From Bacteroidota bacterium (lineage in GTDB: Bacteria > Bacteroidota > Bacteroidia > Bacteroidales > GCA-2748055): a DNA stretch of 64,000 bases. How positions within the stretch are numbered: the stretch's first letter is position 1; the number at the start of each line of letters is the position of its first letter. The stretch spans positions 16,509 to 80,508 of the forward strand of contig JBDLIX010000005.1 in assembly GCA_039714655.1 (NCBI GenBank), given 5' to 3'. This document shows positions 63,053-64,000 of the stretch, piece by piece. Under the pieces are notes generated by a model. It saw only the letters and a list, made by a program, of their open reading frames with translations, did no database searches and was not told the origin of the DNA. The position numbers were made by a program, and so were the translations under genes.

Positions 63053-64000
63053 TTAACTGTGTAATTGATACAAATCCGAGGCTAATTTTTTACTGACATT
63101 CTTCCAATCATATTTTTCAATTGCAACATCACGCAATTCTTCCTTGCAATTTCCATCAACATAAAGGGCCTTTTTCACGTTGGTGATGATATCCAATACT
63201 GTTTGATCAGCCCGCGGACTGAGTTTCATTAGGTCAACTACATCCGGAGGAACGGCTTGTGATACGGAATCTATGCTTGCCGCCATGCCTGCAAAATAGG
63301 TTCCAATAGGAAAACAACCCGACGCCATTGCTTCTAAAAATACAAGGGGACCGGCTTCTGCAACAACAGATGGAAAAATCGCAACATCACTTGCTGGAAA
63401 CAGGCAACATAGTTCTCTATGGGTAAGATATCCGGTAAAGATTACCTTCTCTTTATCTATATATTTTTGTGCCTTCTTAAAATAACTATCGAGTTCGTTA
63501 GATTTTCTCAGATGATCAAAATAGAGCTGTGTCTCCTCCAGAGACTTTTCTCCGTTACTCTCCAACGCTCTTCCCCACTTTACAATATTTAAGACCAAAT
63601 CTGTATGTCCATTTTGTAGTGCCCAAATCAGAGCCTCAAGCGGCTCACGTTGTGGTCCGTGCCCAACGACAATCAAACGTGTATTTGGTTCAGAGGCAAG
63701 TATTTCAGGCAAGGCTGTTACAATTGAGTGCAATCCCTTACTAGCTATCATCCGTCCTACAAACAGAATAATTTTTTCATGATCCCAGTTAATCATCCTC
63801 AATTTTTCTTCAACATTATCATCTGTTAACTTTGCATTGTAGGAGGCCGAAATATTTATAATTTCCAACAATTTCTTCTTGGAAATGTCGGCTTTCAACT
63901 CATCCTGAAACCTTTGTAACTGGAGATTTGTTTTACCACGTTTTACATCTTTTAATAACTCATATAATTCGTCTATTTTGTCTTTCCTGTTGTTCACTTT
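63053..64000 (-). CDS. GT-B fold glycosyltransferase (GT4-like), C-terminal part; 5' end beyond the window
   Basis: ILFVGRMIASKGLHS.., RLIVVGHGP, and PSVVAEAGPLVFLEAMASGCFPIG (EX7E-like motif). The frame remains open to the window edge. Confidence 0.7.
   Translation of the reverse strand, partial: KVNNRKDKIDELYELLKDVKRGKTNLQLQRFQDELKADISKKKLLEIINISASYNAKLTDDNVEEKLRMINWDHEKIILFVGRMIASKGLHSIVTALPEILASEPNTRLIVVGHGPQREPLEALIWALQNGHTDLVLNIVKWGRALESNGEKSLEETQLYFDHLRKSNELDSYFKKAQKYIDKEKVIFTGYLTHRELCCLFPASDVAIFPSVVAEAGPLVFLEAMASGCFPIGTYFAGMAASIDSVSQAVPPDVVDLMKLSPRADQTVLDIITNVKKALYVDGNCKEELRDVAIEKYDWKNVSKKLASDLYQLHS

Noticed and set aside
1-64000. Scan of all intergenic regions over 80 nt for tRNA, rRNA, riboswitch-like elements, integrases, transposases or prophage genes.
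   Set aside because: Nothing resembling tRNA T-arm/acceptor patterns, rRNA or known riboswitch cores was seen by eye. No mobile-element genes are present. Only the Trp leader/attenuator stood out. A covariance-model search would be needed to be definitive.

Overview
This 64-kb chromosomal segment looks Bacteroidota-like. Supporting signs are CarboxypepD_reg-type TonB-dependent receptors, a DUF4249 partner lipoprotein, a PF06580-type kinase with a LytTR regulator, many lipoprotein or Tat signals, and TAnnTTTG-style promoter boxes. The glycyl radical enzyme and the AmmeMemoRadiSam trio suggest a facultative or strict anaerobe. I support about 54 protein-coding genes. I found no rRNA, tRNA, CRISPR array, transposase or integrase. 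Housekeeping and accessory genes include a 2-oxoacid dehydrogenase E1 (5' truncated), flavodoxin, leuA, msrA, a cold-shock protein, osmC, a LOG-family protein, PhoD-like phosphatase, GH2, GH20-like, sulfatase, an aldo-keto reductase and two divergent DEAD-box helicases. The most unusual region is a tightly packed seven-gene operon at 26133..41649. It places two ABC-2-type modules around a TolC/adaptor/two-RND tripartite pump. One gene is a 1574-codon single frame that fuses a complete RND permease to an ABC ATPase, and that ATPase fold is itself interrupted by a membrane insertion. I could not match this to any characterised transporter architecture I know. Other notable items: (1) a Trp-rich leader peptide with mutually exclusive terminator and antiterminator hairpins upstream of a stand-alone trpB2; (2) an intact AmmeMemoRadiSam trio; (3) a BlaI/BlaR1 pair with twin perfect operators and a repeat-expanded acidic sensor tail, next to a second repeat-expanded secreted basic protein; (4) an uncharacterised eliminase-type glycyl radical enzyme operon with a ROK kinase, a DeoR regulator and a Cys-depleted activase; (5) a higBA module with an operator palindrome, tightly followed by a metallophosphoesterase. 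All family assignments come from reading motifs by eye. No database search was run.
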